A stretch of DNA of 64,000 nucleotides from Pseudomonadota bacterium (GTDB lineage Bacteria; Pseudomonadota; Alphaproteobacteria; Rhodobacterales; Rhodobacteraceae). The notes under the pieces were generated by a model. The model was not told where the DNA came from and did no database searches. It worked only from the letters and a program-made list of their open reading frames with translations. Position numbers and translations under genes: made by a program. Of this stretch, positions 35,166 to 45,527 are shown piece after piece; position 1 is the stretch's first letter; every line of letters begins with the position of its first letter. The stretch spans positions 62,771-126,770 of the forward strand of contig JBCCMQ010000008.1 of NCBI GenBank assembly GCA_039026235.1, read 5' to 3'.

Positions 35166-36257
35166 ATGCCAGGCGACGCTGAACTGACCATTCTGGGCAT
35201 CGAAAGCAGCTGCGACGACACGGCCGCCGCCGTTGTGCGCCGGCATGGCGACGGGCGGCCCGAGATCCTGTCGTCGATTGTCGCAGGTCAGGAAGAACTG
35301 CATCGGGCTTTCGGCGGTGTCGTCCCCGAAATTGCTGCCCGCGCCCATGCAGAAAAGCTCGACATCGCCGTCGCCGAGGCACTGACCGCGGCGGATTTGG
35401 AACTTGTCGATCTGGATGGAATTGCCGTCACGGCCGGGCCGGGCTTGATCGGTGGGATTGTCTCGGGCGTCATGACGGCCAAGGGGTTGGCCTCTGCCAC
35501 CGGCCTGCCATTGATCGGGGTCAACCACCTGGCCGGGCACGCCCTGACACCGCGCCTGACCGACCGCCTTAGCTACCCCTATCTGGTTCTTTTGGTGTCG
35601 GGCGGGCATTGCCAGTTTCTTCGCGTCAACGACTTCGACAGCTTCCGGCGCCTGGGTGGCACCATTGATGATGCGCCGGGTGAGGCATTCGACAAGGTGG
35701 CCAAACTCCTTGGTTTGAAAGATGCGACCGGACCTGCCGTCGAAGCCGCTGCCAAATCTGGCGACCGGTCGCGTTTTCAACTGCCCCGCCCGCTTCTCGA
35801 TCGACCGGGTTGCGACATGTCCTTCTCTGGCTTGAAAACGGCGGTCTTGCGCAGCCGCGATCGGCTGATCGATGAACAAGACGGTCTCTGGCCGCAGGAT
35901 CAGGCCGATCTGTCCGCCGGGTTCCAGGCGGCTGTTGCCGATGTTCTGGCCGAAAAAACACGGCGCGCCATCGCAGCGGCGCCCGGGGTCACGGCGTTTT
36001 CGGTGGTGGGCGGCGTCGCCGCCAACCTGTCAATCCGCGCTGCCTTGTCCGGAATCGCCTCGGTTACAGGCCTTGCGTTTCACGCGCCGCCAATCGCACT
36101 TTGCACGGACAATGGGGCCATGATCGCCTGGGCCGGGCTCGAACAACTGGCAGGCGGACAAACCGATGACATGTCGCTTGCCGCACGTCCAAGATGGCCG
36201 CTTGACACTGCGCAAGCGCCAATGTTGGGGTCTGGAAAAAAGGGGCCCAAGGCCTGA
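35166..36257 (+). CDS. tsaD: tRNA N6-adenosine threonylcarbamoyltransferase
   Basis: 363 aa with [26 protein letters not shown] and SGGHCQ motifs typical of TsaD/Gcp/Kae1. Confidence 0.9.
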   Translation: MPGDAELTILGIESSCDDTAAAVVRRHGDGRPEILSSIVAGQEELHRAFGGVVPEIAARAHAEKLDIAVAEALTAADLELVDLDGIAVTAGPGLIGGIVSGVMTAKGLASATGLPLIGVNHLAGHALTPRLTDRLSYPYLVLLVSGGHCQFLRVNDFDSFRRLGGTIDDAPGEAFDKVAKLLGLKDATGPAVEAAAKSGDRSRFQLPRPLLDRPGCDMSFSGLKTAVLRSRDRLIDEQDGLWPQDQADLSAGFQAAVADVLAEKTRRAIAAAPGVTAFSVVGGVAANLSIRAALSGIASVTGLAFHAPPIALCTDNGAMIAWAGLEQLAGGQTDDMSLAARPRWPLDTAQAPMLGSGKKGPKA

Positions 36258-36270
36258 TCGAGAAAGGACC

Positions 36271-36702
36271 GTGCAATTGGCATATTGGTTGTTTAAATCC
36301 GAACCCTCCGTCTGGAGCTGGGATCACCAGATGGCCAAGGGCGACGTCGGTGAGGAATGGGACGGCGTGCGCAACTACCAGGCGCGCAATTTCATGCGCC
36401 AGATGAAGCTCGGTGATCTCGGTTTCTTCTATCACTCCCAAACCGAGAAAGCTGTGGTTGGGATCGTCCGTGTGTCGGCGGAAATCCATCCCGACAGCAC
36501 CACCGATGACGACAGGTGGGAATGCGTCGATATTGCTGCGGTCAGTCCTATGCCTGTTCCGGTGACGTTGGGCATGATCAAGGGCGAGCCAAAGCTTGCC
36601 GAGATGGTTCTTGTGAAGAACTCGCGGCTGTCGGTGCAGCCGGTCACGGCGGACGAATGGAAGCTGGTTTGCGCCATAGGGGGACTGGACAAGGCACCCT
36701 GA
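36271..36702 (+). CDS. EVE (PUA-like) domain protein
   Basis: A GTG at 36271 follows GAGAAAGGA. The 143-aa protein reads YWLFKSEPSVWSWD...WDGVRNYQARNFMRQMKLGDLGFFYHS..., the canonical EVE/thymocyte nuclear protein 1-like sequence. Confidence 0.75.
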   Translation: MQLAYWLFKSEPSVWSWDHQMAKGDVGEEWDGVRNYQARNFMRQMKLGDLGFFYHSQTEKAVVGIVRVSAEIHPDSTTDDDRWECVDIAAVSPMPVPVTLGMIKGEPKLAEMVLVKNSRLSVQPVTADEWKLVCAIGGLDKAP

Positions 36703-36762
36703 CGTTTGGCGGCAAGTCAAAACGCGGCACCGCGTTGCCGTTTGCATTCTCAAGCTGCTAAG

Positions 36763-36793
36763 AAAAAAGGGTTCCGGCGTCCCGGAACCCTTT
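36763..36793. terminator. GC-rich hairpin flanked by A6 and T3 (intrinsic terminator, stronger when read on the minus strand)
   Basis: AAAAAA GGGTTCCGG cgtc CCGGAACCC TTT. A 9-bp perfect stem is followed by T6 on the minus strand, and only T3 on the plus strand after the EVE gene. Confidence 0.5.
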
Positions 36794-36966
36794 GTCACCC
36801 CAAGTACCCCTCGTCGGCACCCGTGTTCCAAATTTAGTCCGGACCGTCCTGATCCACATGAAACAACTACCACAGGCCGACCGAAAGGCGCAAAGAGAAT
36901 GCCCGGTCAATTTTAGGAAACTCCGACACGGTCGTCCTGGGCCGGAGCGAGGTAGCGGCAGCGTTT

Positions 36967-37422
36967 GTGGTAGTGGAAAGTGGCAAGCGGGCGGATCGCC
37001 CGGAGTTGGCGCGGGCAGAGGCAGTGTTGCTTATTGCCACGCTGGATCGTCTCGCCCGCAAAGTGGCTTTCATCGTGAACCTTCCGGAAAGCGGGGTCGA
37101 GGTCACGGCGGCGGATATGCCTGAGGCAAACCGCTTTGTGCTGCACATCATCGCCGCAGTCGCGGACCAAGAGGGCCGCGCAATCTCAGAGCGCACCAAG
37201 GCCGCGCTGGCAGCGGCGAAGGCACGCGGGGTCAAACTGGGCTGGTCTATCCCTGAGCGGGCTTCTGAACAGCGTCAGGCGGCACGCAAGGGCGCAGCGG
37301 TAAACAAGGCGCGGGCGCTGGCCCATGGTGAGAACGTGTTGCCGATGGTCGAGCAGATCAGGGCAACGGCCCCTGTGATCCGCGCCTTTCGGCCCACACG
37401 GAAGCGCTGCAATTCCATGTAA
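36967..37422 (+). pseudogene. serine recombinase (resolvase/invertase) remnant, lacking the catalytic N-terminus and the C-terminal HTH
   Basis: The ORF reads VESGKRADRPELA...ATLDRLARKVAFIVNL.ESGVEVTAADMPEANRFVLHIIAAVADQEGRAISERTKAALAAAKARGVKLG. This is the middle of a resolvase. The YxRVS active-site region is not encoded upstream in frame, and the C-terminus diverges after about 37380. Confidence 0.65.
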
Positions 37423-37728
37423 GCGGCCTTCCGTCCCTCAATGTCCTTGCCCCACGGCCGATCGGAACGCCAGTGACGCGCCACCCTGTTTTCTCAGGCA
37501 CGATGGTTAAAGTGAAATCTGACAGGTTGTTCCGCCTCAACGGCTGTGCGCAGTCTGTTGGGCCGTCCGGGCGCTGATCGTCACCACCGTTGTCATCAGC
37601 GCCTCAATCGAGCGCACAAGCCTGCCATTGCGATCGCGGGTTTCCCGCAGGTCTGTCAGAGGGATTTCGAAACGCCGGTTCTCTAAGACCAGATCAGGCC
37701 CGTAGCCCCAACCGGGCGGGCCGCCGCG

Positions 37729-38517
37729 CTATTTGGGGTAGATCAAGGTAAGGACCACACGCGCACCAAATCCTTCCGGGCCGCCCGGAGGGCTTTCCGC
37801 CCAATACCGGACACCACCCGCCAAGCTAAGCGTCTGGGTTCCCACCGTGAAGACTTTGGAGATGACCGCATTGATCGGGATGGACCATTCGCTGGCCTCC
37901 CAGTCATAGGTGGATTCCGAGTTGATCGTGTAGGTCACAGCCGTCGGCGTGGTGTAGGCCAGAAACGGCTGAAGGAAGGTTGAATTGACGTCATCGCGGT
38001 CGTCGTCGCCTGCGAATGACCAAATGTGATTGGCCAGCCCGCCATAGGTCCATGGTCCGGTCTGCTGCAGCACGACGGCTGTCGGTCCGACGCCCCATTT
38101 CCCGGCGCCCAGCGCATCTTCGGTCGCGGTGGGCAGTAGGAAGACGGGGCCGATGCCCCAGGTGGTGCCACCACGCGATGCGGCCGGCGAAAAGAAGGCG
38201 CTTTGCACGATGTCGCCGATCCCTTCATTCGAGGTGCCCAGGGGAATGTCGTCAGTCACCACCAGGGGCAGGATCGTGCGCGAAATGAGGTTCCAATCGT
38301 CGTTCAGCCGAAACGGTATGACCGGCTGAATGTTCAGGAGGGTCCGGTCGCCGTCATCATCTTCGCCGAAATTCTGGTCAAAGTTCAGTTGCAGCGGCAC
38401 GCTGACGAGATCTGCCACCGGATTGGAAAGCTGCTGGGCCAGTTCAGAAGCATCCTGTGCGAACGCTGCACCTGGAATGGCCAGAAGAGCGCAGAGACAA
38501 GTCAAACGTCGCATCAT
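37729..38517 (-). CDS. outer-membrane beta-barrel protein (MetA-pathway/transporter-like family)
   Basis: ATG at 38517 follows AGGAG. It has a signal peptide (MMRRLTCLCALLAIPGAAFA), the QQLSNPVADLVSVPLQLNFD...NIQPVIPF motif, and alternating beta-strand character that ends in an aromatic-rich C-terminus. Confidence 0.6.
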   Translation of the reverse strand: MMRRLTCLCALLAIPGAAFAQDASELAQQLSNPVADLVSVPLQLNFDQNFGEDDDGDRTLLNIQPVIPFRLNDDWNLISRTILPLVVTDDIPLGTSNEGIGDIVQSAFFSPAASRGGTTWGIGPVFLLPTATEDALGAGKWGVGPTAVVLQQTGPWTYGGLANHIWSFAGDDDRDDVNSTFLQPFLAYTTPTAVTYTINSESTYDWEASEWSIPINAVISKVFTVGTQTLSLAGGVRYWAESPPGGPEGFGARVVLTLIYPK

Positions 38518-38696
38518 CGGACTCCTAGTTGGCGCGTACTCACAACGTGCCACAAATTAATCCGTTTGCGAATGGCCCTCAGTGGCGCACCGCCGATGCA
38601 TCCGTCGTGCTTTGTCTCTGACGGGAACTCCACCACATCCGCCTAGTCCCTTCGCGTGATTTGGATCGAACCGACGCCGCAGAGGACCCGGCTTGT

Positions 38697-39677
38697 CTAA
38701 GGCGTTTGGTGCGCTGTCAGCCAGTCCTCTAGCTGTGCCAGCGTCAGGCTGCCGGTCCCGACCCCTTGACGCAACAGCTCCGACGCAAGCCGCGTCAGCG
38801 CCGCGTTCAAAGGGGCGGGAACACCGTGCAGCCGGGCCAAAAGCGCGATCTCACCGTTGAGGTAGGGTGTCTCAAGCGTGTCAGCGCCGCGTATCAGGCT
38901 TTGACTGGTCGATCCGCCGCCACGTGGCACACCGTCAACCGGGCCGGGTTTCATCAGTTTCTGACGCCGCGCATCGCCTGCACCGACGTCCTGCCAGTCC
39001 AGATCGGCGGCCGTTAGAACCGCCACGCCTTCGGCACGCACCCTTTCGCGCAGATCGCCGGCGTCCGCACCGCGACCCAGGGCGGCTTCGATGATATTGC
39101 CTAGATTAATCAGAAGTTTGCCGCGCTTTGACACCATAACATCGTCCGACAGGTATGCTGCGATGTTGGATTGGTTCAGGACCTCGGCAAAAGCCCGATC
39201 CGCATGGTTCGAACCGCCTGTATAGAGACCGATATCGAAAATCCCGAAGCAGGGCGCCACAAAACATGTCACTTCGCCCGGCTGCAGATACAGACCCGGC
39301 ATCATGACGGTCACACCGTGGGTATTGGCAAAGCGGCGCAGGGCGCGGCGTTCGTTCGCTATCCCGTTTTGCAGACAGAACACATCTGTGTCGGAAGGCG
39401 CAACGCGCGACAGCTCTTCAAGCGCGGCCTCGGTGTGCTGCGACTTCATCGCCAGACAGACGATGTCGCCGGCGCGGAATTCCACTTCGGCAGGCGAACC
39501 CACGCAGGCGAAAGGCACCGTAAAGGTGCCTCCCGGAGCGCGTAAAGTCAGGCCTTTCGTCTGGAGGGCGTCCAGCTGCGCACCCCGAGCAATTCCGATT
39601 ACATCCTGGCCCGACCGAGCCAGTGCAGCCCCTACGATGCCGCCGATTGCGCCGACACCGTAGATGACCACACGCAT
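38697..39677 (-). CDS. 2-dehydropantoate 2-reductase family (ketopantoate reductase-like) oxidoreductase
   Basis: 326 aa with an N-terminal Rossmann motif (MRVVIYGVGAIGGIVGAALARSG) and an ApbA/PanE-like C-terminal domain. Confidence 0.75.
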   Translation of the reverse strand: MRVVIYGVGAIGGIVGAALARSGQDVIGIARGAQLDALQTKGLTLRAPGGTFTVPFACVGSPAEVEFRAGDIVCLAMKSQHTEAALEELSRVAPSDTDVFCLQNGIANERRALRRFANTHGVTVMMPGLYLQPGEVTCFVAPCFGIFDIGLYTGGSNHADRAFAEVLNQSNIAAYLSDDVMVSKRGKLLINLGNIIEAALGRGADAGDLRERVRAEGVAVLTAADLDWQDVGAGDARRQKLMKPGPVDGVPRGGGSTSQSLIRGADTLETPYLNGEIALLARLHGVPAPLNAALTRLASELLRQGVGTGSLTLAQLEDWLTAHQTP

Positions 39678-39680
39678 TAG

Positions 39681-41075
39681 TCAGTACCGGTAGTGTGACG
39701 GCTTGAACGGCCCTTCAGGGGCGACACCGATGTAATCCGCCTGGTCGCTGCGCAGTTCCGTCAGCTTCACGCCGATGCGCTGCAGATGCAGGCGCGCGAC
39801 CTTTTCATCCAGGTGCTTGGGCAGGATATAGACATCGTTGTCGTAATCGTCGCCCTTCGTCCAAAGCTCGATCTGCGCCAACACCTGGTTGGTAAAGGAT
39901 GCCGACATCACGAAGGATGGGTGGCCGGTTGCATTGCCCAGGTTCAACAGGCGCCCTTCGCTCAAAAGTATGATCCGGTTGCCGTTCGGCATCTCGATCA
40001 TATCGACCTGTTCCTTGATGTTGGTCCACTTGTGGTTCTTCAGGTTCGCGACCTGAATTTCATTGTCGAAGTGGCCGATGTTGCCAACGATGGCCATGTC
40101 CTTCATTGCACGCATGTGCTCGATGCGTATGACGTCCCGATTTCCGGTCGTGGTGATGAAAATATCCGCCATGCCGATGACGTCTTCCAGCGTGGTGACC
40201 TGAAATCCATCCATCGCCGCCTGAAGCGCGCAAATCGGATCGACTTCGGTCACGATGACCCGTGCACCGGCGCCCGAGAGCGAGGCGGCAGAGCCCTTGC
40301 CCACATCGCCGTAGCCGCAGACAACGGCGACCTTGCCGGCCATCATCGTGTCGGTCGCCCGACGGATGCCGTCGACCAGCGATTCCTTGCAGCCGTATTT
40401 GTTGTCGAATTTGGACTTGGTGACGCTGTCGTTGACGTTGATGGCCGGGAAGGGCAACAGGCCTTTCTTGACCAGTTCGTACAGGCGGTGGACGCCCGTG
40501 GTCGTCTCTTCACTCACCCCTTTTATAGCGTCCCGCTGCTTGGTGAACCAGCCGGGGCTTTCTGCCAACCGCTTGCGGATCTGCGCGAAAAGAGCTTCTT
40601 CCTCTTCCGACTGCGGAACAGCGATCAGGTCGTCTTCTCCGGCTTCGACCCGGGCACCCATCAGAATGTAAAGCGTCGCATCGCCCCCATCATCTAGGAT
40701 CATGTTGGCGGTGCCTTCGTCGAAATGGAAAATCCGGTCGGCATAATCCCAGTATTCCGGCAGTGTCTCACCCTTGATGGCAAAAACCGGCGTTCCGGTT
40801 TCGGCGATCGCGGCGGCGGCGTGGTCCTGGGTCGAAAAGATATTGCAGGACGCCCAACGTACATCTGCGCCCAGCGCCGTCAGCGTTTCAATCAGAACCG
40901 CGGTCTGCACGGTCATGTGAAGCGATCCGGCGATCCGGGCACCGGTCAGGGGTTTGGTTTCGCCAAACTCTTCCCGCAGCGCCATGAGGCCCGGCATTTC
41001 AGTTTCTGCAATGTCGAGTTCCTTGCGACCGAAAGCGGCCAAAGAAATGTCTTTGACAATAAAGTCCTTTGCCAC
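39681..41075 (-). CDS. ahcY: adenosylhomocysteinase
   Basis: Highly conserved SAHH sequence ([48 protein letters not shown]). I chose the GTG at 41075, preceded by AGGAG; the track start at 41120 adds an implausible N-terminal extension. Confidence 0.95.
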   Translation of the reverse strand: MAKDFIVKDISLAAFGRKELDIAETEMPGLMALREEFGETKPLTGARIAGSLHMTVQTAVLIETLTALGADVRWASCNIFSTQDHAAAAIAETGTPVFAIKGETLPEYWDYADRIFHFDEGTANMILDDGGDATLYILMGARVEAGEDDLIAVPQSEEEEALFAQIRKRLAESPGWFTKQRDAIKGVSEETTTGVHRLYELVKKGLLPFPAINVNDSVTKSKFDNKYGCKESLVDGIRRATDTMMAGKVAVVCGYGDVGKGSAASLSGAGARVIVTEVDPICALQAAMDGFQVTTLEDVIGMADIFITTTGNRDVIRIEHMRAMKDMAIVGNIGHFDNEIQVANLKNHKWTNIKEQVDMIEMPNGNRIILLSEGRLLNLGNATGHPSFVMSASFTNQVLAQIELWTKGDDYDNDVYILPKHLDEKVARLHLQRIGVKLTELRSDQADYIGVAPEGPFKPSHYRY

Positions 41076-41191
41076 GGTTCTGCTCCTGAATCTGCGCGTG
41101 TCCAGCCGGTCGTCTATCACCGGCCCGTCAACGGGGCAACGGCCTCTGGGGCCGCAAGTTCCGTGGCGTTTAAATTAATGGCGCGGGAAAG

Positions 41192-41491
41192 CTATCCGGG
41201 GATGCCCATCAGTTTTTCCGACGGTAATCCATCGCGCCAATTGGTGCCGCTGGCCATCACACAGCTCGTTCCGTCAGAACTGGTACGCAGGATTGTCCAT
41301 GTGCCTTTGCTGTCATTGGTCCAGATTTCATAGACGCTGGCCTGGTTTTGAAGCCCGCCGCCCGTAAATGCCTCGCCCCATTTTGCGGTAAGACGTTTTG
41401 TGACTTCCGATCGTTCTGCGCAATAGGACTGAGCGGATGCTGCCGCGGCGGTAAAAGCGATTGCCGCGGCTGTATACCCTATGAGTCTCAT
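41192..41491 (-). CDS. small secreted hypothetical protein
   Basis: ATG at 41491 follows GGAAAGGA. The 99-aa protein has a signal peptide (MRLIGYTAAAIAFTAAAASA). The upstream part of ORF 41192-41680 is not credible. Confidence 0.5.
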   Translation of the reverse strand: MRLIGYTAAAIAFTAAAASAQSYCAERSEVTKRLTAKWGEAFTGGGLQNQASVYEIWTNDSKGTWTILRTSSDGTSCVMASGTNWRDGLPSEKLMGIPG

Positions 41492-41692
41492 GGTTATCCT
41501 TTCCGCGACGGTACCGCCGCAAGAAGAGTGCCTGTTGAACCTCCCAAAGTCGTCTTTGTATGATGTCAATGTAGCGGCTGCCTGCTTCATCGGCCTTAAC
41601 AGACGCAACATTGTGACGTGGTGTGACAGTGTACAGTGAATTGCGGCTATTTTTTGTGCACTTGCGCACACTTTTTGCAATGGAAGTGAAAC

Positions 41693-42295
41693 ATGGCGCG
41701 ATCACGCCAATCTAGAGCCTGGCAAAGGATGCTCTCGGGGCGGCGCCTGGATCTGCTCGATCCGACACCGGTGGACATCGAGATTGAGGATATCGCGCAC
41801 GGCCTCGCCTTTGTGGCGCGCTGGAACGGCCAGACGGCTGGCGACTTTCCCTATTCGGTGGCCGAGCATTCCCTTCTGGTGGAGGAAATTTTTGGCCGCT
41901 TCGATCCCGAGGCGGCGGCACGGTGGCGGCTTGCTGCGCTTCTGCACGACGCGCCCGAGTATGTCATCGGCGACATGATTTCTCCTGTAAAGTCCGCCAT
42001 CGGCGCGCAATACGGTGTGTTGGACACGAAACTGGCGGCGGCGATTCACCTTCGGTTCGGCCTGCCCGCCGAGGTTCCGAAGCCCATCAAACGGCTGATC
42101 AAAAGGGCAGACAAACTCTCCGCCTGGCTCGAAGCGACAAAGCTCGCCGGCTTTTCAGAGGCCGAGGCCACGCGCTACTTCGGCCGCCCGGAAACGGAAT
42201 TGGTCGCGGGGCTTGAAATCGTCATCCGACCGCCCATCGCGGTGCGCGACGCCTACCTGGCCCGCCACAAGGCGCTTCTGGACGATTGCAGTTGA
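41693..42295 (+). CDS. HD-domain phosphohydrolase (YfbR-like)
   Basis: 200 aa with HD metal motifs (VAEHSLLV ... LLHDAPEYVIGDMISPVK). Confidence 0.7.
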   Translation: MARSRQSRAWQRMLSGRRLDLLDPTPVDIEIEDIAHGLAFVARWNGQTAGDFPYSVAEHSLLVEEIFGRFDPEAAARWRLAALLHDAPEYVIGDMISPVKSAIGAQYGVLDTKLAAAIHLRFGLPAEVPKPIKRLIKRADKLSAWLEATKLAGFSEAEATRYFGRPETELVAGLEIVIRPPIAVRDAYLARHKALLDDCS

Positions 42296-42771
42296 TCTTT
42301 CGGAGCGCACTTTCAGATGACGCCGAAGGCATGGCAGACCTGCTTAACCAGATCATTCTGGCGGGCGGGACCACGGCGATCGAAGATGTGGTTTCGCCGG
42401 ATGAACTGCGGCAATGGATGGCGCGTTCCCAAGGCCGCAGTGCCTGGCACGTTGCCGCCCGGAACGGGCAGATCATGGGGTTTCAGTGGATCGAGCCGAA
42501 CCCCGTTCTGCCGCCAGAGGCGGTGGACATCGCCAGTTTCGTACGTATGGGCGCGACCGGCCTTGGCATCGGCCGCGGGCTTTTCATCGCAACCCAAAAT
42601 GCGGCGAAAGGCCTTGGTTACGGCTGGATAAATGCCTCGATACGGTCCGACAATGTCAGCGGCCTGGCCTATTATTCGGCGATGGGCTTTCAGGATTGGA
42701 AATCCGACCCAACCGTCACCCTAAGCGACGGCACCGTTACCGGGAAAACCTACAAGCGTTTTGAGCTTTAG
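42286..42771 (+). CDS. GNAT-family N-acetyltransferase
   Basis: 161 aa with an acetyl-CoA-binding motif region (GLGIGRGLFIATQNAAKGLGY). It has a non-ATG start (TTG at 42286 or 42292; ATG at 42331 is an alternative). Confidence 0.7.
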   Translation: MQLIFRSALSDDAEGMADLLNQIILAGGTTAIEDVVSPDELRQWMARSQGRSAWHVAARNGQIMGFQWIEPNPVLPPEAVDIASFVRMGATGLGIGRGLFIATQNAAKGLGYGWINASIRSDNVSGLAYYSAMGFQDWKSDPTVTLSDGTVTGKTYKRFEL

Positions 42772-43322
42772 CGCGGGCTGCGTTTGGCGAGGATACGCTG
42801 CAGCGTGCGGCGGTGCATATTCAGACGTCGCGCGGTTTCAGAGACATTGCGGTCGCAAAGCTCATAAACCCTTTGAATGTGTTCCCAGCGCACGCGATCT
42901 GCCGACATCGGGTTTTCTGGCGGCGGGGGCAATTCGTCCCCTGTCGCCAAAAGCGCCGCCGTGATGTCATTGGCGTCCGCGGGTTTCGAAAGATAATCGG
43001 TTGCGCCCGCCTTTACCGCCGCGACGGCCGTCGCAATAGCACCGTAGCCGGTCAGAACGACAACCCGGCAATCGGGACGTTTTTCGCGCAGCACTTCAAC
43101 CACGTCGAGCCCGTTGCCGTCTTCCAGCCGTAGATCGACAACCGCATAAGCCGGCGGCCTTGCGGTGGCGATGGCCTTGCCGGCCACCACGGTCTCGGCG
43201 GTCTCGGGCAAGAAGCCACGCTTTTCCATGGCGCGCGCGAGACGACGCACAAATGGCTCGTCATCGTCCACGAGGAGAAGCGTCGAGTCCTCTCCCATCG
43301 CCCCCATCGCTCGCTCAACCAT
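42768..43322 (-). CDS. regA: redox response regulator RegA/PrrA/ActR
   Basis: 184 aa with a receiver domain (LLLVDDDEPF...VVDLRLEDG) and the highly conserved Fis-type HTH tail NVSETARRLNMHRRTLQRILAKRSPR. Confidence 0.9.
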   Translation of the reverse strand: MVERAMGAMGEDSTLLLVDDDEPFVRRLARAMEKRGFLPETAETVVAGKAIATARPPAYAVVDLRLEDGNGLDVVEVLREKRPDCRVVVLTGYGAIATAVAAVKAGATDYLSKPADANDITAALLATGDELPPPPENPMSADRVRWEHIQRVYELCDRNVSETARRLNMHRRTLQRILAKRSPR

Positions 43323-43380
43323 TGTTCGTGCCTCTTAATCAGTTACTTGGCCGACGAGATAGGTCGCAGACGCAACCGGG

Positions 43381-44007
43381 TCAAACCCGGGCGGCCGCAG
43401 TAACAAGACAGGCCGTGCGTTCGGCCATTTCCTCGGGCGACATTTCACGGCGAAAGAAATCCACAAAGCCGATTTTCGGCAGCACCAGATAGGTAAATGT
43501 TGAATGATCGACGAGGTAGAATTCGTCGCCGTCGGCCTTCTGGGCCCGGTAATAGGTCTTGTAGGCGCGGCTGGCTTCGGCCACCTGTTCGGGCGAGCCG
43601 GTCAGCCCGATCATCCGGTCATGCATGTTGGCCGCAAAGGCCCCCACGATGTCCGGCGTATCGCGTTCCGGGTCGATGGAAATGAACACCGGCGTGACGT
43701 CATGGCCCATGTCGCTCAGAACATCGGACGCCACCGCGTTCCGGGCCACATCCATGGGGCAGACGTCCGGGCAGTAGGTATAGCCGAAATACAGTAGGGA
43801 CGGCCGGGTAATAACGTCAGTGTCGGTGACAAGCTCGCCGTTTTCGTTGACCAGGGTGAAAGGCCCGCCGATATCGCCGCCCACAGCGCCGGTTTGACAG
43901 GCTGCAAAAATGTCTGCGGGCGCGCGGGTTGTCAGCCAGTATGTTCCGCCCAGGCTTGCCGCCACAACGGCGCCAGCCCCAAGTGCAAAATCCCGTCGTT
44001 TGACCAT
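43381..44007 (-). CDS. senC: SCO1/SenC/PrrC copper chaperone
   Basis: ATG at 44007 gives MVKRRDFALGAGAVV.... It has the CPDVCP motif and DHSTFTYLV. It lies between regA and the divergent regB, as in Rhodobacter. Confidence 0.85.
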   Translation of the reverse strand: MVKRRDFALGAGAVVAASLGGTYWLTTRAPADIFAACQTGAVGGDIGGPFTLVNENGELVTDTDVITRPSLLYFGYTYCPDVCPMDVARNAVASDVLSDMGHDVTPVFISIDPERDTPDIVGAFAANMHDRMIGLTGSPEQVAEASRAYKTYYRAQKADGDEFYLVDHSTFTYLVLPKIGFVDFFRREMSPEEMAERTACLVTAAARV

Positions 44008-44081
44008 CGTAAGCCCCGTAATTGACGCCGCCTGCTGTTCATCTAACAATCCCCGTACAAAGTACAACGCGGTGAAATGAC

Positions 44082-45476
44082 GTGACACCGGCCACACATC
44101 AGCTTTTCCTGCGCTCCGGACGGAGCGAATGGGTCCGCCTGCGGACGCTGACCGTGCTGCGTTGGATCGCAATCGTCGGTCAACTGGTCGCGGTCAGTGT
44201 CGCCAGCCGGGCGTTCGGCCTGCAATTCAACGTGGGTCTTTGCTATCTGATCATCGGCACGGCGGTGCTCGCCAACATTCTCGCTATATTTTTCTATCCT
44301 GAGAACAAGCGCTTAACAGAAAGCGAAGTGTTGATGTTCCTTCTGTTCGATGTCGGGCAGCTTGGGATCCTTTTGTACCTGACCGGCGGCCTGCACAATC
44401 CGTTTGCCATTCTTATCCTCGCCCCGGTGACCATTGCCGCGACCGCGCTGCACCTGCGATCAATTCTAACTCTTGGCGTCATCACAATTGTGTTGATTAC
44501 CGTTGTGGCGGTCGTTCACCTGCCGCTGCGGTCGGCAGATGACATCGTGCTGCGCGTGCCAACGCTGTTTGTGTTCGGCTTCTGGCTGGCGATCGTCATC
44601 GGTGTCGCCTTTCAGGCCGTCTACACCCAGCGCGTATCGGAAGAGATGCACACCATGTCGGACGCGCTTCTGGCCACTCAGATGGCTCTGGCACGGGAAC
44701 AGAAGCTGACCGATCTTGGCGGCGTGGTGGCTGCGGCCGCCCATGAATTAGGAACACCGCTGGCCACGATCAAATTGGTCAGCTCTGAGCTTTCTGAGGA
44801 TCTTTCCGAAGATCACCTGCGCGAAGACGCGCGCCTGATCAGCGACCAGGCCGATCGATGCCGCGATATCCTTAGGTCCATGGGGCGGGCCGGAAAGGAC
44901 GATATGCAGGTGCGTTCGGCGCCGTTGCTGACGGTGATCGAAGAAGCGGCCGAGCCCCATGCCAATCGCGGCAAGGCATTGGTGTTCGAACGGCGGCCCG
45001 CCGAGACAATCGAGCTGAAGGAACCAATCGTCTACCGAAAGCCCGAGGTCATTCACGGGCTGCGCAACCTTATCCAGAACGCAGTCGATTTTGCTGACGA
45101 AAGCGTCTGGATCACCGCGAAATGGAGTGAGGATGATATCCTCGTGCGTATTGCCGACGACGGTGCTGGATTTCCAAGCCATGTCCTCGGTCGGATCGGC
45201 GATCCCTTTGTGCGCCGTCGGCGCGGCGATGTGTCATCCGGTATGCGGCCCGAATACGAAGGCATGGGCCTGGGGCTGTTCATCGCGAAAACGCTGCTGG
45301 AACGCAGCGGCGCGGAATTGACCTTTGTCAACGGCGCAGACCCTTTTCTGGAACCGGGCGAGCATCCCGAGCGCAAGGGCGCGGTCGTCGAGGTCATCTG
45401 GCCGATCGAACGGCTGGCCCGACCGGTCAAAGAAACCGAACAGGGTCTGGGTCAAAACGTCCCGCTCGAAGCCTGA
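44082..45476 (+). CDS. regB: redox sensor histidine kinase RegB/PrrB/ActS
   Basis: 464 aa with six TM helices, the H-box AAAHELGTPLATI and HATPase motifs (LRNLIQNAVDF, DDGAGF, GMGLGLFI). The start codon is GTG. Confidence 0.85.
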   Translation: MTPATHQLFLRSGRSEWVRLRTLTVLRWIAIVGQLVAVSVASRAFGLQFNVGLCYLIIGTAVLANILAIFFYPENKRLTESEVLMFLLFDVGQLGILLYLTGGLHNPFAILILAPVTIAATALHLRSILTLGVITIVLITVVAVVHLPLRSADDIVLRVPTLFVFGFWLAIVIGVAFQAVYTQRVSEEMHTMSDALLATQMALAREQKLTDLGGVVAAAAHELGTPLATIKLVSSELSEDLSEDHLREDARLISDQADRCRDILRSMGRAGKDDMQVRSAPLLTVIEEAAEPHANRGKALVFERRPAETIELKEPIVYRKPEVIHGLRNLIQNAVDFADESVWITAKWSEDDILVRIADDGAGFPSHVLGRIGDPFVRRRRGDVSSGMRPEYEGMGLGLFIAKTLLERSGAELTFVNGADPFLEPGEHPERKGAVVEVIWPIERLARPVKETEQGLGQNVPLEA

Positions 45477-45527
45477 GTGTCACGTCACAAAGCAATTCGT
45501 CCTTCATTAACCCGCGGTTAACTAAGA

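Noticed and set aside
35037-36873. Minus-strand ORFs 35037-35879 (280 aa) and 36064-36873 (269 aa)
   Set aside because: They are antisense to tsaD and the EVE-domain gene and are shadow ORFs.
41076-41191. Possible SAH riboswitch or structured leader upstream of ahcY
   Set aside because: The leader contains several short GC hairpins (for example GCCGGT..ACCGGC and CCCGT..ACGGG). I could not find the conserved SAH-riboswitch core (AGGAGCGCUGC ... AACGGCGCUC pseudoknot elements). A covariance-model scan (Rfam RF01057) would be decisive.
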